Part shown: piece by piece, positions 27,132 through 39,693 of the stretch
Numbering within the stretch: position 1 is the stretch's first letter
Layout: every line of letters begins with the position of its first letter
Assembly: GCA_964016885.1 (NCBI GenBank)
Contig: OZ024756.1
Coordinates: forward strand, 23,374,001-23,438,000
Direction of reading: 5' to 3'
Source: Eledone cirrhosa
Taxonomy: Eukaryota
Length of the DNA stretch: 64,000 nucleotides
The notes under the pieces: model-generated
Told to the model about the DNA's origin: nothing
The model's input: the letters and a program-made list of their open reading frames with translations, nothing else
Databases searched by the model: none
Translations under genes and position numbers: made by a program

Positions 27132-27490
27132 GAAGAATCCGCCACACTCTTCAGTGGAGTTTAATTCCTGAAAAGCTAAGAGAAATTGACCAAGTAGTCA
27201 TGCATAATACTTCATTTGCCGAGGTAGCATGCTTGAATAAAAACACGCGTAGTGTTACATGATCAAAAATCTCCTAACATATTAGGACTATGTGACAGGC
27301 CTATAATGTCGCTATAAATAGCAGCCAAAAGAACATCTGGTACAACTTGACAAACTAAGGAGCAGTTTGATATTAAACTGCAATCACTATTCACAGTAGT
27401 TAGGCAATGTCGGCAGAAATTACGTAACTTCTCTCCGAAATATTTCGTCAGCGGGTGGTAGCTTCCCATGAATGGAAAGGATTGTTTAAA
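27127..27490 (-). mobile_element. Family F: possible Penelope-like ORF end followed by hammerhead 5' half
   Basis: Minus strand open frame ..FPFMGSYHP..SHSPNMLGDF*, then ..aaactcca-CTGAAGA-gtgtggcggattcttcaatta running into (TA)n; 27127-27232 is homologous to 39543-39630. Confidence 0.45.
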
Positions 27491-27569
27491 CGACTAGTAC
27501 GCATCCATGTTTCCATCGTGATGTTAATGATAATGACGAGGGTCAACCTCAGTATCTACCTCAGTATCA

Positions 27570-27848
27570 ACTTCTTCGTCTTCCTTACCCTTCTCTCCCT
27601 CTCTTTATTATCCCATTCAGTTTCCTCATTCATATATTTCACGTCCTCTCCCGTCATTCACTCTTTCGAGTGGATCGCGGATGATCAGAGTCCCCAGACA
27701 CGCCTTCCAGCAGGTCAGAAGCAGCCATCTCCAGTTTATCTGGTTAGATCCTAAGGTAAGACTAGCCGAGCTTTTGGATATTATCCAACCATCTTGCTCA
27801 GAGTCTACCTTTGGGTCTCCTGTCGGTTGGCTTTGTCTGTAAGATCTG
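27570..27848 (-). mobile_element. RTE-clade LINE 3' fragment, older copy
   Basis: Reverse complement gagacccaaaggtagactctgagcaagatggttggataatatcc matches 50214-50260; distal part matches 63270-63365. Confidence 0.75.
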
Positions 27849-27992
27849 TACGTTCTGATTTCAAATTCCGCTGTTAGCTTTGCTTTTCATTCTTACAGGA
27901 TCGGTAAACAAAACGCACCAGTAATGCACTAGGATCGATTTAATTGACTTCCCCACCCTTCAAATTGCTGGCCTTGTGCCTATATAAGAAAC

Positions 27993-27995
<3 letters not shown>
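27848..27995 (+). mobile_element. SINE family S2, partial, with (ATT)n tail
   Basis: ttctgatttcaaattccgc..ttttcattcttacaggatcg..accagtaatgcact..gctggccttgtgcctatataagaaacc. Confidence 0.75.
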
Positions 27996-28029
<34 letters not shown>

Positions 28030-28263
28030 ATTTTTATTATTCAACTATTTGACAGATCAATTTAAATATCGCCATCATCTCTAGTTAGTTTTTTGTGGTA
28101 TTTCCACTGTTTTGGCTATTAAAGAAATGAACTAAGGCGTAGTGATGGAGAGAGGAGGTAAATAGAGATAGAAAGGGGGAGTAGTGCGAGGAAGTGAAAA
28201 AAAGAATAGAAATAGATAGACAGACATGTAGACGGATAGGTAGATGGACAGGTAGACAGACGA

Positions 28264-28326
<63 letters not shown>

Positions 28327-28328
28327 TA

Positions 28329-29631
28329 TTTCTTTTATTTGCCACTAGGGCATCAAAAGTGGGACAAGTACAAAGGGGGGAGTTTACACAAAAAGGCGTC
28401 CTCAATAAGGAGGAGGCAATAACAAAATATAAAAATAAAATAAGATATAACAAAAAATAAAATTTTTAACAAAATCCTCAATAGAGAGGAGGCGCCTTGG
28501 GGGGTCGCACACACCCCCGAAAAAAGTGTGCAACCCTTCTCCTCAGGAGCACAGAGAAGGGGTGCTCCCTTGGTCTTTCATCTTCCTCACCTATAGTCTG
28601 ATGTAGAGTGAAGGCCCATTCACACGGGCCATTCTCGCCACTTTCACCCATCTTTCATAGAAACGGCTGGGGTGCAGCACCTCTCTCTCCATCCTGATCC
28701 TTCTTCCGAAATGATATCGGAAGAAACGGACCAGTTGTTGGCCAGAGAGAAAGGTGCCCGACCTCAGTCCTTTCAGACGCGTCCACCATACAACCTCTTT
28801 CGCCATGGCTATTACGCACAGAAACACCGCCTCTGCTTCATCTTTGAAGGGGGGAGGCGGCTTGATCATTACAATAGACTCGGTGGTCAACCGGATCGGT
28901 CCCACCCTTGACAGCAGTTGTTCGACATAGCCCCACAGATCGGCTACGCCCGAGCAGTGTACTAATGCGTGTGCAACGGTTTCCTCGTCGCACACGCATC
29001 TGGGACAGATCTTTTTGGCGGGGTCCCTACCCGGGCGCCCGTGTCTGTAGAGCCTTTCTCGAACGGGTAAAGCCCCTCGGTAGCACTGCCAGGCCAGGGA
29101 CTTCTGGAAGTTGTCCATAGGTCCCGGGCTGAATGTCCTACCGAACAGGCTGGCCAGTTCGTCCTCCTCCATGTCTAGGGCTTCTCCGAGGGCGTCGTCG
29201 CACCTGCTGCGTACCAGCCCTCTATAGAATGTTGCGGTGGAGTCTCCACTGATAACCGGATCCGCCTGCCAGAGGGCGGTGAGCGCCTGGGCACACTCAG
29301 TGTGCCAGGCGCCCAGTTTTCTCGGTCTTTGCTTGACCCAGGATTGCAGCTCGGTGAGTGAGACGAGTCTGGGAAAGGTTCGTCTCACAAACGAGGCCCA
29401 CACCGGTTGTCCGGTGAGGAATACGTAGAGGTGCCGTAGCCTTAATGCGTGTTTACGCATCATTAGCCACGGCATCCCCAGCCCTCCTTTCGAAGGGTGT
29501 TGACAGCAGATGGATCTCCTCACCATAGGAGCCCGCCTCTTCCAAAGGAATTGGTAGAACGCGCGCTCCATCTTGGTGAGGGTTTCCCTTGGGCAGGGCA
29601 CTACGGTCAGGCGGTAGTAGATGACGGACGC
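28329..29631 (-). mobile_element. 5'-truncated Tx1/L1-clade LINE inserted in (GATA)n
   Basis: ORF2 C-terminus plus 3' UTR ending aataaaagaaa; both junctions run into (TAGA)n. Confidence 0.9.
28591..29631 (-). pseudogene. LINE ORF2 C-terminal region (post-RT and zf-RVT-like CCHC zinc knuckle), uninterrupted but 5'-truncated
   Basis: Motifs FYQFLW, KGGLGMP, AWQCYRGALPVRERL and CPRC-x8-H-x4-C (CPRCVCDEETVAHALVHC). The listed N-terminus [16 protein letters not shown] comes from the microsatellite and an adjacent fragment. Confidence 0.88.
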
Positions 29632-29661
29632 TAGATAGATAGATAGATAGATAGATAGATA

Positions 29662-29722
29662 TGTTTCTTTATTAGCCACAGGGGCACAAAAGAAGGGGAC
29701 AAATACAAAGGGGGAAGTTTAC

Positions 29723-29763
<41 letters not shown>

Positions 29764-30101
29764 GTTTCTTTATTAGCCACAGGGGCACAAAAGAAGGGAA
29801 CAAATACAAAGGGGGAAGTTTACAAGATAGATAGATAGATTTCTTTATTTACCATAAAGGCATAAAAAGAAGGGACAAATACAAAGGGGGAGTTTACATA
29901 TAATCGAGTAAAAAGGGTGTAACATGAAAATAATCGAAAATAACCTCAAAAGGGAGGGGACGTGATGGGGGTTGCACACACCCCCGAAAAAGTGTGCAAT
30001 CCTTTGCCCGGGGAGCACATGGAGAAGGTGCTCCCCTCTCCTTTACTTCTTTACCTACAGGATGGTATACAGAGAAGGCCCATTTACACGAGCCATTCTG
30101 C

Positions 30102-30138
<37 letters not shown>

Positions 30139-30198
30139 GTTTCTTTATTAGCCACAGGGACACAAAAGAAGGGGACAAATACAAAGGGGGTAGTTTAC

Positions 30199-30200
<2 letters not shown>
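29662..30200 (-). mobile_element. Four further 3'-end fragments of the same Tx1-like LINE, each separated by (GATA)n
   Basis: ~29662-29725, ~29764-29825, ~29840-30103 (encodes RMARVNGPSLYTIL*) and ~30139-30200; all same orientation and same 3' end. Confidence 0.88.
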
Positions 30201-30234
<34 letters not shown>

Positions 30235-30489
30235 AACAGTGAAAATAACAACAGTGACACACAACGTATAGAAAGAACAAAAACTTTGTTTCAGAAACAC
30301 GTCATCATCATCGTCGTTGTCATCATTACAATCATCACATTCATTATCGTCGTCGTCGTAATCATCAGATGGAATTAAAATCTAATTAATTGTTTCTCTA
30401 ATTTCGTTTTTAGTTGAGAAATTAGTGGAATGATCCGGACTGGTCCATTGGGAATTAGCTGAAAGAAAGGGTAGGGGAAGAGGCGGCAG

Positions 30490-31250
30490 TGCTGGCAGAG
30501 GTAGTGGTGGTATGGTGGCGTGGTGATGGTGGTGTAGTGATGGAGGTGGTATGGTGGCGTGGTGGTGGTGGTGGTGTAGTGACGGTGGTGGTGGTGGTGT
30601 GGTGGTGCTGTGGTGCTGGCGGTGGTGGTGTGGTGATGGTGGTTGTGGTGGTATGGTATGGTATGGTATGGCAGCGTGGTGGTGGTGGTGTGGTGATGGT
30701 GGTGGTGGTGGTGTGATGGTGGTGTGGTGGTGGTGTGGTTATGGTGGTGTGATGGTGGTGGTGTTGTGGTGGTGGTGGTGGTGGTGTGGTGGCGTGGTGA
30801 TGGTGGTGATGGTGTGGTGGTGGTGTGGTGATGGTGGTGCGGTGTTTGTGGTGTGGTGATGGGGGGGTGGGGTGATGGTGGTGCTGGTGTGGTGGTGATG
30901 GTGGTATGGTGGCGTGGTGATGGCGGTGTCGTGACGGTGGTGGTGGTGTGGTGGTGGTGTGGTGATGGTAGTGCGGTGATGGTGGTGTGGTGATGGTGAT
31001 GTGGTGATGGTGGTGATGTGATGTGTGGTATGAGGTTCTGGCAGTGGTTGTGGTTTGTGGTAAAGGAATAATAATGTTGGTGGTGGGGAGTAGTTGTGAT
31101 ATGTTTTGATGGTATACTTTGTAAAGCGATGTTGCAGTGGTGGTGGTGGTGGTTGTGGTGTGGTGGTGGTGTTGATGGTGGTTGTGGTGGTGGTGGTGGT
31201 GGTGGTGGTGGTGATGGTACTTCAGCGGCGGTTGTGGTGATGTGATGTGT
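30490..31250. repeat. (GGT/GTG)n low-complexity tract
   Basis: Directly visible. Confidence 0.9.
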
Positions 31251-31614
31251 GTGTGCGCACCCGTCTTAACGCACACGTGTGTATGTGACATATGTGTCAA
31301 TTTTAGGGCGTAGTGGCAATATGTTGTGTGTACGGTAATATATCAGATAGAAGTGATTGTGGGAGCGTGGTGGAGCTGTTGTGGTAGCGTGATAACGACA
31401 GTGGAAGCGTGGTAGTTGTGTTGTTGTTACTGTTGATTTTTTTTTTTGTTTTTTTTTGTTTAACCCACGGTCAACTCTGGTCGACTGAATAAACCTTAGA
31501 TCAAAACCACTTCAATCATGGACATCCAGAGACATCTTATTTAAGGACTTCTGTATGACTTGTGTGAACATGCATTTGCACATGGAAAGTTCCCGTCGAA
31601 ACTACACCCCAGGG

Positions 31615-31885
31615 CAAGGTTTCTTTTGATGGAGAGTGGTTGTGAAAGACCATCCATCGTTCATGCGTATAAGCCTCGTCTTTCAAATGCCTCCAAAGTC
31701 CAATCCGAGATAGGGTTTCTTTTGGTTAAGGGCAGTTGTGAAAGACCATCCATCGTTCATGCATATAAGCCTCCTCTTTCAAATGCCTCCAAAGTCCAGT
31801 CCTAGATAGGGTTTCTTTTGGTGAAGGGTGGTTGTGAAAGACCATCCATCGATCATATATATAAGTCTCCTCTTTCAAACGTCAC
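31615..31885. repeat. 96-bp tandem repeat x ~3 within an old retroelement-like fragment
   Basis: tgtgaaagaccatccatcg at 31641, 31737 and 31833. Confidence 0.9.
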
Positions 31886-32354
31886 CAATGATGGCCAGAG
31901 ATAAGCCAAACTCTGATACAGTTTGGGCCCAGTGACATTACTGGTGAACCCGGCACTCAACAAACCGAAAGAGATAACGCAAGACTTCTTATCCAGCGCT
32001 CTAACAATTCCACAAATCCAACGCCTTGGACGCGCACTTTGTTTATCGACCATGAAAGGGTAAAGAGGAGTGTTTACCTCAATGAGATTTTGAACTCAGA
32101 TCTCAGAAATCCAGAACAAACACCGCTAGGGGTCTCTATATGTTGGAGGATTTCATTATTGTACAGTTGTTGAAGCTACATGGCCTAGTGGTAAGTGTGT
32201 TGGACTTACGATCATAATGTCGTGGGTTAATTTCCTGGACACTTCATTTCACGTTGATCCAGTATACTCAGCTGGGGAGTTTTAATCCTGCAATGGACTG
32301 GCGTCTTGCCCAGGGTGGTGGAGTTTCTTGTATTCACAGTCGCTTAATACCACG

Positions 32355-32362
32355 GCTACTGT

Positions 32363-32393
<31 letters not shown>

Positions 32394-32734
32394 AATGACA
32401 ATGATGATGGTGATGAGCAAGAATGATGAAGATAATGGTAGCCGTGATGACATGAATATGATGATGGATGATGATGATGATGATGACATGATGATAGTGT
32501 TGACGTTACTGTGGCTGTTGATGATGATGATGATGATGGTGATGATGATAGTGTTGACGTTACTGCGGCTGTTGATGATGATGATGATGATGGTGATGAT
32601 GATAGTGTTGACGTTACTGCGGCTGTTGATGATGATGATGATGATGGTGATGATGATAGTGTTGACGTTACTGCGGCTGTTGATGATGATGATGATGATG
32701 GTGATGATGATAGTGTTGACGTTACTGCGGCTGT

Positions 32735-32765
<31 letters not shown>

Positions 32766-32788
32766 AGTGTTGACGTTACTGTGGCTGT

Positions 32789-32819
<31 letters not shown>

Positions 32820-33074
32820 AGTGTTGACGTTACTGCGGCTGTTGATGATGATGATGGTGATGATGATGGTGATGGTGATGATAACGATGATGTCGATGAT
32901 GATGATGATGGTGATGATGGTGATGATGGTGATGATGGTGATGGTGATGATAACGATGATGTCGATGATGATGATGATGATGATGACAATTGTGTAATGG
33001 TTCATGCCAACACATTATTAGTGTTGTTGTTAGGAGTGTTGTTGTTGACGGCGTCATCGTTGTCAATAGTAGTA

Positions 33075-33122
<48 letters not shown>
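32355..33122. repeat. (GAT)n tract with ~54-bp unit atagtgttgacgttactg(c/t)ggctgttg x 7
   Basis: Directly visible. Confidence 0.92.
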
Positions 33123-33123
<1 letters not shown>

Positions 33124-33563
33124 GGGGTGAGTGAGCTAGTGAGAAGAAGATGGTGGTGGTATGATATGGTTGCAGCTGCGGTGAAGATGGTGCTGGAGAG
33201 GGAGTGGAGGGGTTCAAGTAGAGGCGGGGAAAGTACAGTCGAGGTTGAGGAGGTAATGAAAGGGAGAAAAAGACAAAAAGAGAGGAAAAAATACGGAAAA
33301 ATAAACTAAAATAAAATGGCAGATCTCCTTTATAAATTAATTGGCTTCTTTGTGCTAAGTAAAGATGACTGCTGTGATTTAAATAAGCTTTCTCCCCTTC
33401 TCTCTCTCTATCTATCTATCCTTCTCTTTATCCCCCTCTCTCTCTCTATCGATCTATTTATCTTTCTCTCTCTCTCTATCAATTTTTTCTCTTTATCACC
33501 TTCTCTCTATCTAACTATTCATTTTTCTATCTATTACTCTTTTACTCTTTCTCTCACATAAAC

Positions 33564-33613
<50 letters not shown>

Positions 33614-34128
33614 GTCCCGCTCGCTCTCTCTCTCTCTCTGTATATATATATATATAGATATATATATATAATATATTTATCTATCTATCTGTCTATCTCT
33701 ATCACACTTCCCCTCTCTCTCTCTATCTCTATCACACTTCCTCTCCCCCTCTCTCTCTATATATGTATATATGTCTATCTATTTATTTCTGTTTCTCTGT
33801 GTTCCCCTCTCTCTCTCTCTGTGTTTCTCTCCCTCTTTGTTTACTTGTGTGTGCCCCTCCCCTCTCTCTCGCTGCTCCTCTCTAATATCTGCCACTCTCA
33901 CAGTCTCTCTCATACATATATAAAACACATACTCACACGAATAACATACATGTGTATAGAACAACACACACAGCTAATACACATAAAGAAATCTATTTTC
34001 ACATACGTAGATACTTAACCACCAACTCACATTAATAGACACAAACACGCACACAAACACACGTAAAAATTATCGCACAAAACACATATAGACACCTATA
34101 TATACATATATATATACATTTAAATATA

Positions 34129-34161
<33 letters not shown>

Positions 34162-34178
34162 GTGTGTGTGTATATATA

Positions 34179-34211
<33 letters not shown>

Positions 34212-34236
34212 GTGTATGTGTGTGTGTATATATATA

Positions 34237-34294
<58 letters not shown>

Positions 34295-34311
34295 TATATA
34301 TATGTGTGTGT

Positions 34312-34344
<33 letters not shown>

Positions 34345-34422
34345 TATATATATATATCAAATACTCTCCCATATATCTATAGTCTCTGGACGTTCCACTC
34401 TCTCCCTCTCGCACACAAACGG

Positions 34423-34462
<40 letters not shown>

Positions 34463-34516
34463 ACACACTTACACACACATACACACACACTTACACACAC
34501 ACACTTACACACTTAC

Positions 34517-34824
34517 GAAGCCAAGCAATAAACAAGAAAGACGTCAACTAAAGACGCAATAGATAAAACAAAACGACAGCAAGAAACAAAACTGTTGTTA
34601 ATGAATTTGTGAAGACATAGCGGCAGGAGAAGAAGGAGGAGAATGAGGAGGATAAAGAGGAATGACCGGTAGAGGAAGGTGCATGGTGAAGGGGAGGAAG
34701 AAAGGTGGAGGAGGTGGGGTCGAAGACTCATCAAGTTTGAACGTTTGATGCCATTGACAGCGGCATCACATTGAAATATGGAAGAATCAAGTAGAGAGAT
34801 GCTTCTGTGAGATTGATCAATCCC
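34517..34824 (-). other. Candidate minus-strand exon (unidentified)
   Basis: ~100-codon open frame ending ..VDVFLVYCLA-TC at a GTAAGT donor (34511-34516). Confidence 0.28.
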
Positions 34825-35344
34825 TCAGTGGAATGGTAGTGGTGGTGGTGGGAGGGGTGTTAGTGGTTGTAATGAGGTGGTGGTGGTGGGAGGATTAGTG
34901 GTTGTAATGGGGGGGAATGGTGGTGGTGGTCGTGGTGGAATTGTGGTGGTGGAGGGAGGGTTAGTGGTTGTAATGAGGAGGTGGCGGTGGAATGGTGGTG
35001 GGAGGGTTAGTGGTTGTAATGGGGAGATGGTGGTGGCAGTGGGAGGGGTTGTTAGTGGTTGTAATGAGGTGGTAGTGGTGGGAGGGTTAGTGGTTGTAAT
35101 AAGGTGGTGGTGATGGTGGGTGGATATGCTTAGTATATGAATTCGTCTCCGAGACGAGTTCGATCTATAATAGGTCTTGCCTCGAGCTGATCGATAGTGA
35201 AACATATGTAATATGCTAGTAAATATGTTATGATGCAACACCCAATCCTTGTTCCTTATCCTTATAGTATTATATTCTGCTCTGCGCGAGCATCGAGTGC
35301 TCAACCGGCATTCTGCCTACGGACTATTTTTCATGCAACCATAC

Positions 35345-35383
<39 letters not shown>

Positions 35384-35495
35384 CACATATATATATATAT
35401 ATATATATGTATACATATATATATATATATGTATACATATATATATATATATATATATGTATACATACATATATATATGTATACATATATATATG

Positions 35496-35528
<33 letters not shown>

Positions 35529-35559
35529 GTATATATGTATACATATATATATATATATA

Positions 35560-35620
35560 AGGGCGGTGCCCCAGCATGGCCTCAGCCGGATGGCTGAAAC
35601 AGGTAAAAGAGTAAAAGAGT
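35560..35620 (+). mobile_element. SINE-like 3' end fragment
   Basis: ggcggtgccccagcatggcc..tgaaacaggtaaaagagtaaaagag with a short tandem tail; recalled as a cephalopod SINE 3' end, not verified. Confidence 0.5.
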
Positions 35621-35628
35621 ATGTATAC

Positions 35629-35663
<35 letters not shown>

Positions 35664-35666
35664 TGT

Positions 35667-35879
35667 ATTGCTTTATATCTGGAGATCTCTCTGCACTTGT
35701 CGTCACATGGTACCATGGGCCCAGCACTGTGTCAGTAATTGTCACAAGTGTAGTGTTTGTACCAGAGTTTTCAAGTCGCTGGCTGGACTAAAAAGTCACA
35801 CTCGTTCAGCGCATCGGTAGGGGTTCTCCTACATGGATATAAAGTAGTGGCCGTACTTGAAAACGAGTTGGCAGCCACC
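35667..35879 (+). mobile_element. Non-autonomous RTE-derived element, 5'-truncated, (ATGT)n tail
   Basis: Encodes a terminal C2H2 finger [23 protein letters not shown]. Confidence 0.82.
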
Positions 35880-35950
35880 ATGTATGTATGTATGTATGTA
35901 TGTATGTATGTATGTATGTATGTATGTATGTATGTATGTATGTATGTATG

Positions 35951-36560
35951 TCAGGTCACCAGTTGGTGCTACTGGTAACATGTATCCCAGTACAACCTGT
36001 CTCATGGTCGGGTCATTGGCGACTTAACTGGCAACCCCACCAAGGTTTCTTGGTGAAGAGGGTGACTTTGGACATCCTGCAGGACTAAAAACAAAATCTG
36101 TCAAAGGACAAAGGAGCTCTTAAGAGTCAATGGCCATCCAAAATCACCGGGAGAGATGACCCCTTAGCCTTTGTCAAGGCAGAATTCTAGGAGAAGGAAA
36201 ACTCTGATATAACACCTGCAACCCTGATGGTATCCAATGATGTTGATTTGTTCTTCTTTTTGATAAATATCATCTTGGTTAAGAGAGTGGGACTGGCTTT
36301 GCGCAGTGCCTTTGCTCACTATAAAAGCTTCACGGCACAGGCATTGCTTTATATCTGGAGATCTCTCTGCACTTGTCGTCGTCACATGGTACCATGGGCC
36401 CAGCAATATGTGTCAATAATTGTCACAAGTACAGTGTTTGTACCAGAGTTTTCAAGTCGCTGGCGGAACTAAAAAGTCACACTCGTTCAGCGCATCGGTA
36501 GGGGTTCTCCTACATGGATATGAAGTAGTGGCCGTACTCGAAAACGAGTTGGCAGCCACC
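35951..36560 (+). mobile_element. Non-autonomous RTE-derived element, longest copy (~610 bp), (ATGT)n tail
   Basis: RTE-like 5' UTR motif ctaggagaaggaaaactctga joined to the RTE-like C2H2/3' end without any RT; five copies in the window. Confidence 0.78.
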
Positions 36561-36899
36561 ATGTATGTATGTATGTATGTATGTATGTATGTATGTATGT
36601 ATGTATGTATGTATGTATGTATGTATGTATGTATGTATGTATGTATGGGGGAATGCATGTGTGTATACATATAAGTGTATATATACCCGTTTAAAGTAGA
36701 CGGGCGCGACAATGACCAAAGTTGGACCTTGAAACCTTGGGTAGGACTTTTGTTCCGTGTATGAACATAAATAAATAATATAATATAAAAAAAAATTCGA
36801 AGCACCCTAAATCTATTATCTCCATTGTTAACAATATATCAGGTAGAATTTATAGACTTTCAGCCAATAAAGATATTTTCACTCCAAATGCTAAATATT

Positions 36900-37048
36900 C
36901 AGTATCGGTAGAAGGTCGGATGCCATGCTTTGCAGCATAGTGTTACGGCACTTTACGGTCTGAGTTCAAATCCCGTCGAAGTTAGCTTTACCTTTCATCT
37001 TTACGGGGTCAATAAAACCAGTAATGCACTGGGTTAATTGCTGGCCTT
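36900..37048 (+). mobile_element. SINE family S2
   Basis: cagtatcggtagaaggtcgg..gagttcaaatcccg..cctttcatctttacggggtc..ccagtaatgcactggg. Confidence 0.82.
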
Positions 37049-37049
37049 A

Positions 37050-37329
37050 CTCTCTTCTGTTTTACTGTTTTGCAATCATTACTCTCTGCTATTTACTATT
37101 TCTCTCCTTTCTATATTTTTCTTCTTTGGCTAAGCCCTTGCTCACTCTATATTTGTCTCCACCTATTTTGTTATGTTTCAATGTGCACAAGAATGATCGG
37201 TATCGACTTTAATTTCACCGAAACCGTAGTGATTTTCAGAATATGACTGAGGAGATGGGACTGTCCGTCTTTCCATTGTTTTTTTTTTTTTTGTTTTTTT
37301 CATTGTCTTTGTCTTGTGCTCTCCCTATT

Positions 37330-37336
<7 letters not shown>
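37050..37336. repeat. Dispersed repeat family G, copy 3
   Basis: Colinear similarity to 143-445. Confidence 0.78.
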
Positions 37337-37397
<61 letters not shown>

Positions 37398-37427
37398 ACT
37401 GCAGACTCTGCTAAGCGTATTGCAGTC

Positions 37428-37822
37428 TCAACAGTAACAGCAACAGTAACAACACCTTCAACAACAACAACAACAACAACAGTAACAGCAACAGTAACAA
37501 CACCTTCAACAACAACAACAACAGTAACAGCAACAGTAACAACACCTTCAACAACAACAACAACAGTAACAGCAACAGTAACAACACCTTCAACAACAAC
37601 AACAACAACAGTAACAGCAACAGTAACAACACCTTCAACAACAACAACAACAACAACAGTAACAATAACAACAACAGTAACAGCAACAGTACCTGAAAAA
37701 AATAACAACAGTAACAACAAAAGTAACAACAACGAAAGTAAAAAGGACAAAAGTAACAACAAAAGTAACAACAACAACTGTAAAATATGAATGGCCTCAA
37801 TGACGTCAGCAATAGCAACAGT

Positions 37823-37856
<34 letters not shown>

Positions 37857-37900
37857 TCATTGGTTTCAATGACGTCAACAACAACAACAACAACCTCAAC
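37428..37900. repeat. (AAC)n tract with ~42-48-bp unit acagtaacagcaacagtaacaacaccttc x 5
   Basis: Directly visible. Confidence 0.9.
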
Positions 37901-38170
37901 AATAAGTATAAGCCAATTAAATTAAGCGACAATACTTTGTCGTGAAATTAAATTTTAAAACGTACATGCAGTACTCTTATATGTACATGTGTGTGTGTGT
38001 ATATGTAAATATATGTGTGCGAATATGTCTGTATGTATGTGTGATCGTGTGTGTGTATCTATCCATCTGCATATATATTATATATGTGTTTGTGCACACA
38101 CACACACACATATATATATTATATATATTATATATATATTAACAACCATTATTGCAATAAACCAATATAG

Positions 38171-38204
<34 letters not shown>

Positions 38205-38208
<4 letters not shown>

Positions 38209-38553
38209 GATATCAAATAAATGGAAACTATATTTATAAAACCATATTTATTTCATTATATATATTTCAGGGATATCATATTAACAATATGTTATGCCTT
38301 CGACAAAATACAATATAGACAGTTTTATAGATAAATAGATTTGACATACCGTTCATTTTGTATTTTGTCTGAAGAAGGCATAACATATTGTTAATATGAT
38401 ATCCCTGAAATATATATAATGAAATAAATATGGTTTTATAAATATAGTTTCCATTTATTTGATATCGTAAATATACTCCAAATACTTGTTGAGTACTTTT
38501 ATATCAGTTATAAATATTTACTAGTTGTAACCCAACAATTTAAATATAACTTT

Positions 38554-38555
<2 letters not shown>
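38205..38555 (+). mobile_element. Family B insert: inverted arms plus tail in (TA)n
   Basis: 38205-38313 is inverted relative to 38358-38469; the inverted copy lacks 4 nt of the CTGAAGA core. Confidence 0.88.
38361..38426 (+). ncRNA. Type I hammerhead ribozyme motif (family B)
   Basis: tattttgt-CTGAAGA(38369)-aggcataacatatt/aatatgatatccct-GAAA(38407)-tatata-TA-atgaaata. Confidence 0.8.
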
Positions 38556-38590
<35 letters not shown>

Positions 38591-38601
38591 CAATAAATAA
38601 A

Positions 38602-38634
<33 letters not shown>

Positions 38635-38635
<1 letters not shown>

Positions 38636-39044
38636 CGAGAGAGATGACCCCTTAGCCTTTGTCAAGGCAGAATTCTAGGAGAAGGAAAACTCTGATATAA
38701 CACCTGCAACCCCGATGGTATCCAATGATGTTGACTTGTTCTTCTTTTTGGTACATATCATCTTGGTTAAGAGAGTGGGACTGGCTTTGTGCAGTACCTT
38801 TGCTCACTATAAAAGCTTCACGGCACAGGCATTGCTTTATATCTGGAGATCTCTCTGCACTTGTCGTGACATGGTACCATGGGCCCAGCACTATGTGTCA
38901 ATAATTGTCACAAGTGTAGTGTTTGTACCAGAGTTTTCAAGTCGCTGGCTGGACTAAAAATCACACTCGTTCAGTGCATCGGTAGGGTTTCTCCTACATG
39001 GATATAAAGTAGTGGCCGTACTCGAAAACGAGTTGGCAGCCACC
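38635..39044 (+). mobile_element. Non-autonomous RTE-derived element, 5'-truncated
   Basis: Near-identical to 36146-36560; (ATGT)n tail. Confidence 0.82.
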
Positions 39045-39075
39045 ATGTATGTATGTATGTATGTATGTATGTATG

Positions 39076-39147
<72 letters not shown>

Positions 39148-39439
39148 TGTGTGTGTGTGTATTTTTTTAATTTTTAACTACATGAAATAACAACGAATCA
39201 AGCATTGACTGCGTAAAAGATCCAATATGTGTGGCGCATACATACATAAACACATACGCGCACATATAAACATACATACACATATATACATATATTTATT
39301 TATCTCTGTCTATCTATCTATCTCATATATATATATATATATATAAAATTAATTAAAGGTTAATTAGTGTCTAATACATCTCAATGATAGAAATCTTCCA
39401 GAGAAGCATTTTTATGAATTCAAATTAATTAAGAAACTC

Positions 39440-39632
39440 TCTTTATGCGAGTACAGACATGATAAAAAAAAATTATATTTAAACTTGCATAGATCTCCCT
39501 AGCATAGTTTCTATGGGGAATAATTTTTATTGGAACCACCAATAATTGAAGAATACGCCATGCTGCCTCGGCAAATGAAACAGTATTTACGAATTCTTAG
39601 TCAATTTCTCTTAGAATTAAACTTCAGAGAAG
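39440..39632. mobile_element. Family F fragment with inversion junction and hammerhead 3' half on the minus strand
   Basis: Minus strand ..ccccata-GAAA-ctatgc-TA-gggag; the forward part 39560-39630 matches the minus strand of 27150-27232. Confidence 0.6.
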
Positions 39633-39693
39633 CAAATACATATAGAATATCTTGTAAAAATAAAAATCACTGCGGGGTAGATTACTGACATAA

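Noticed and set aside
36164-36406. Recurrent ~80-aa [23 protein letters not shown] as a gene family
   Set aside because: Recurs only because it lies antisense within a young dispersed repeat.
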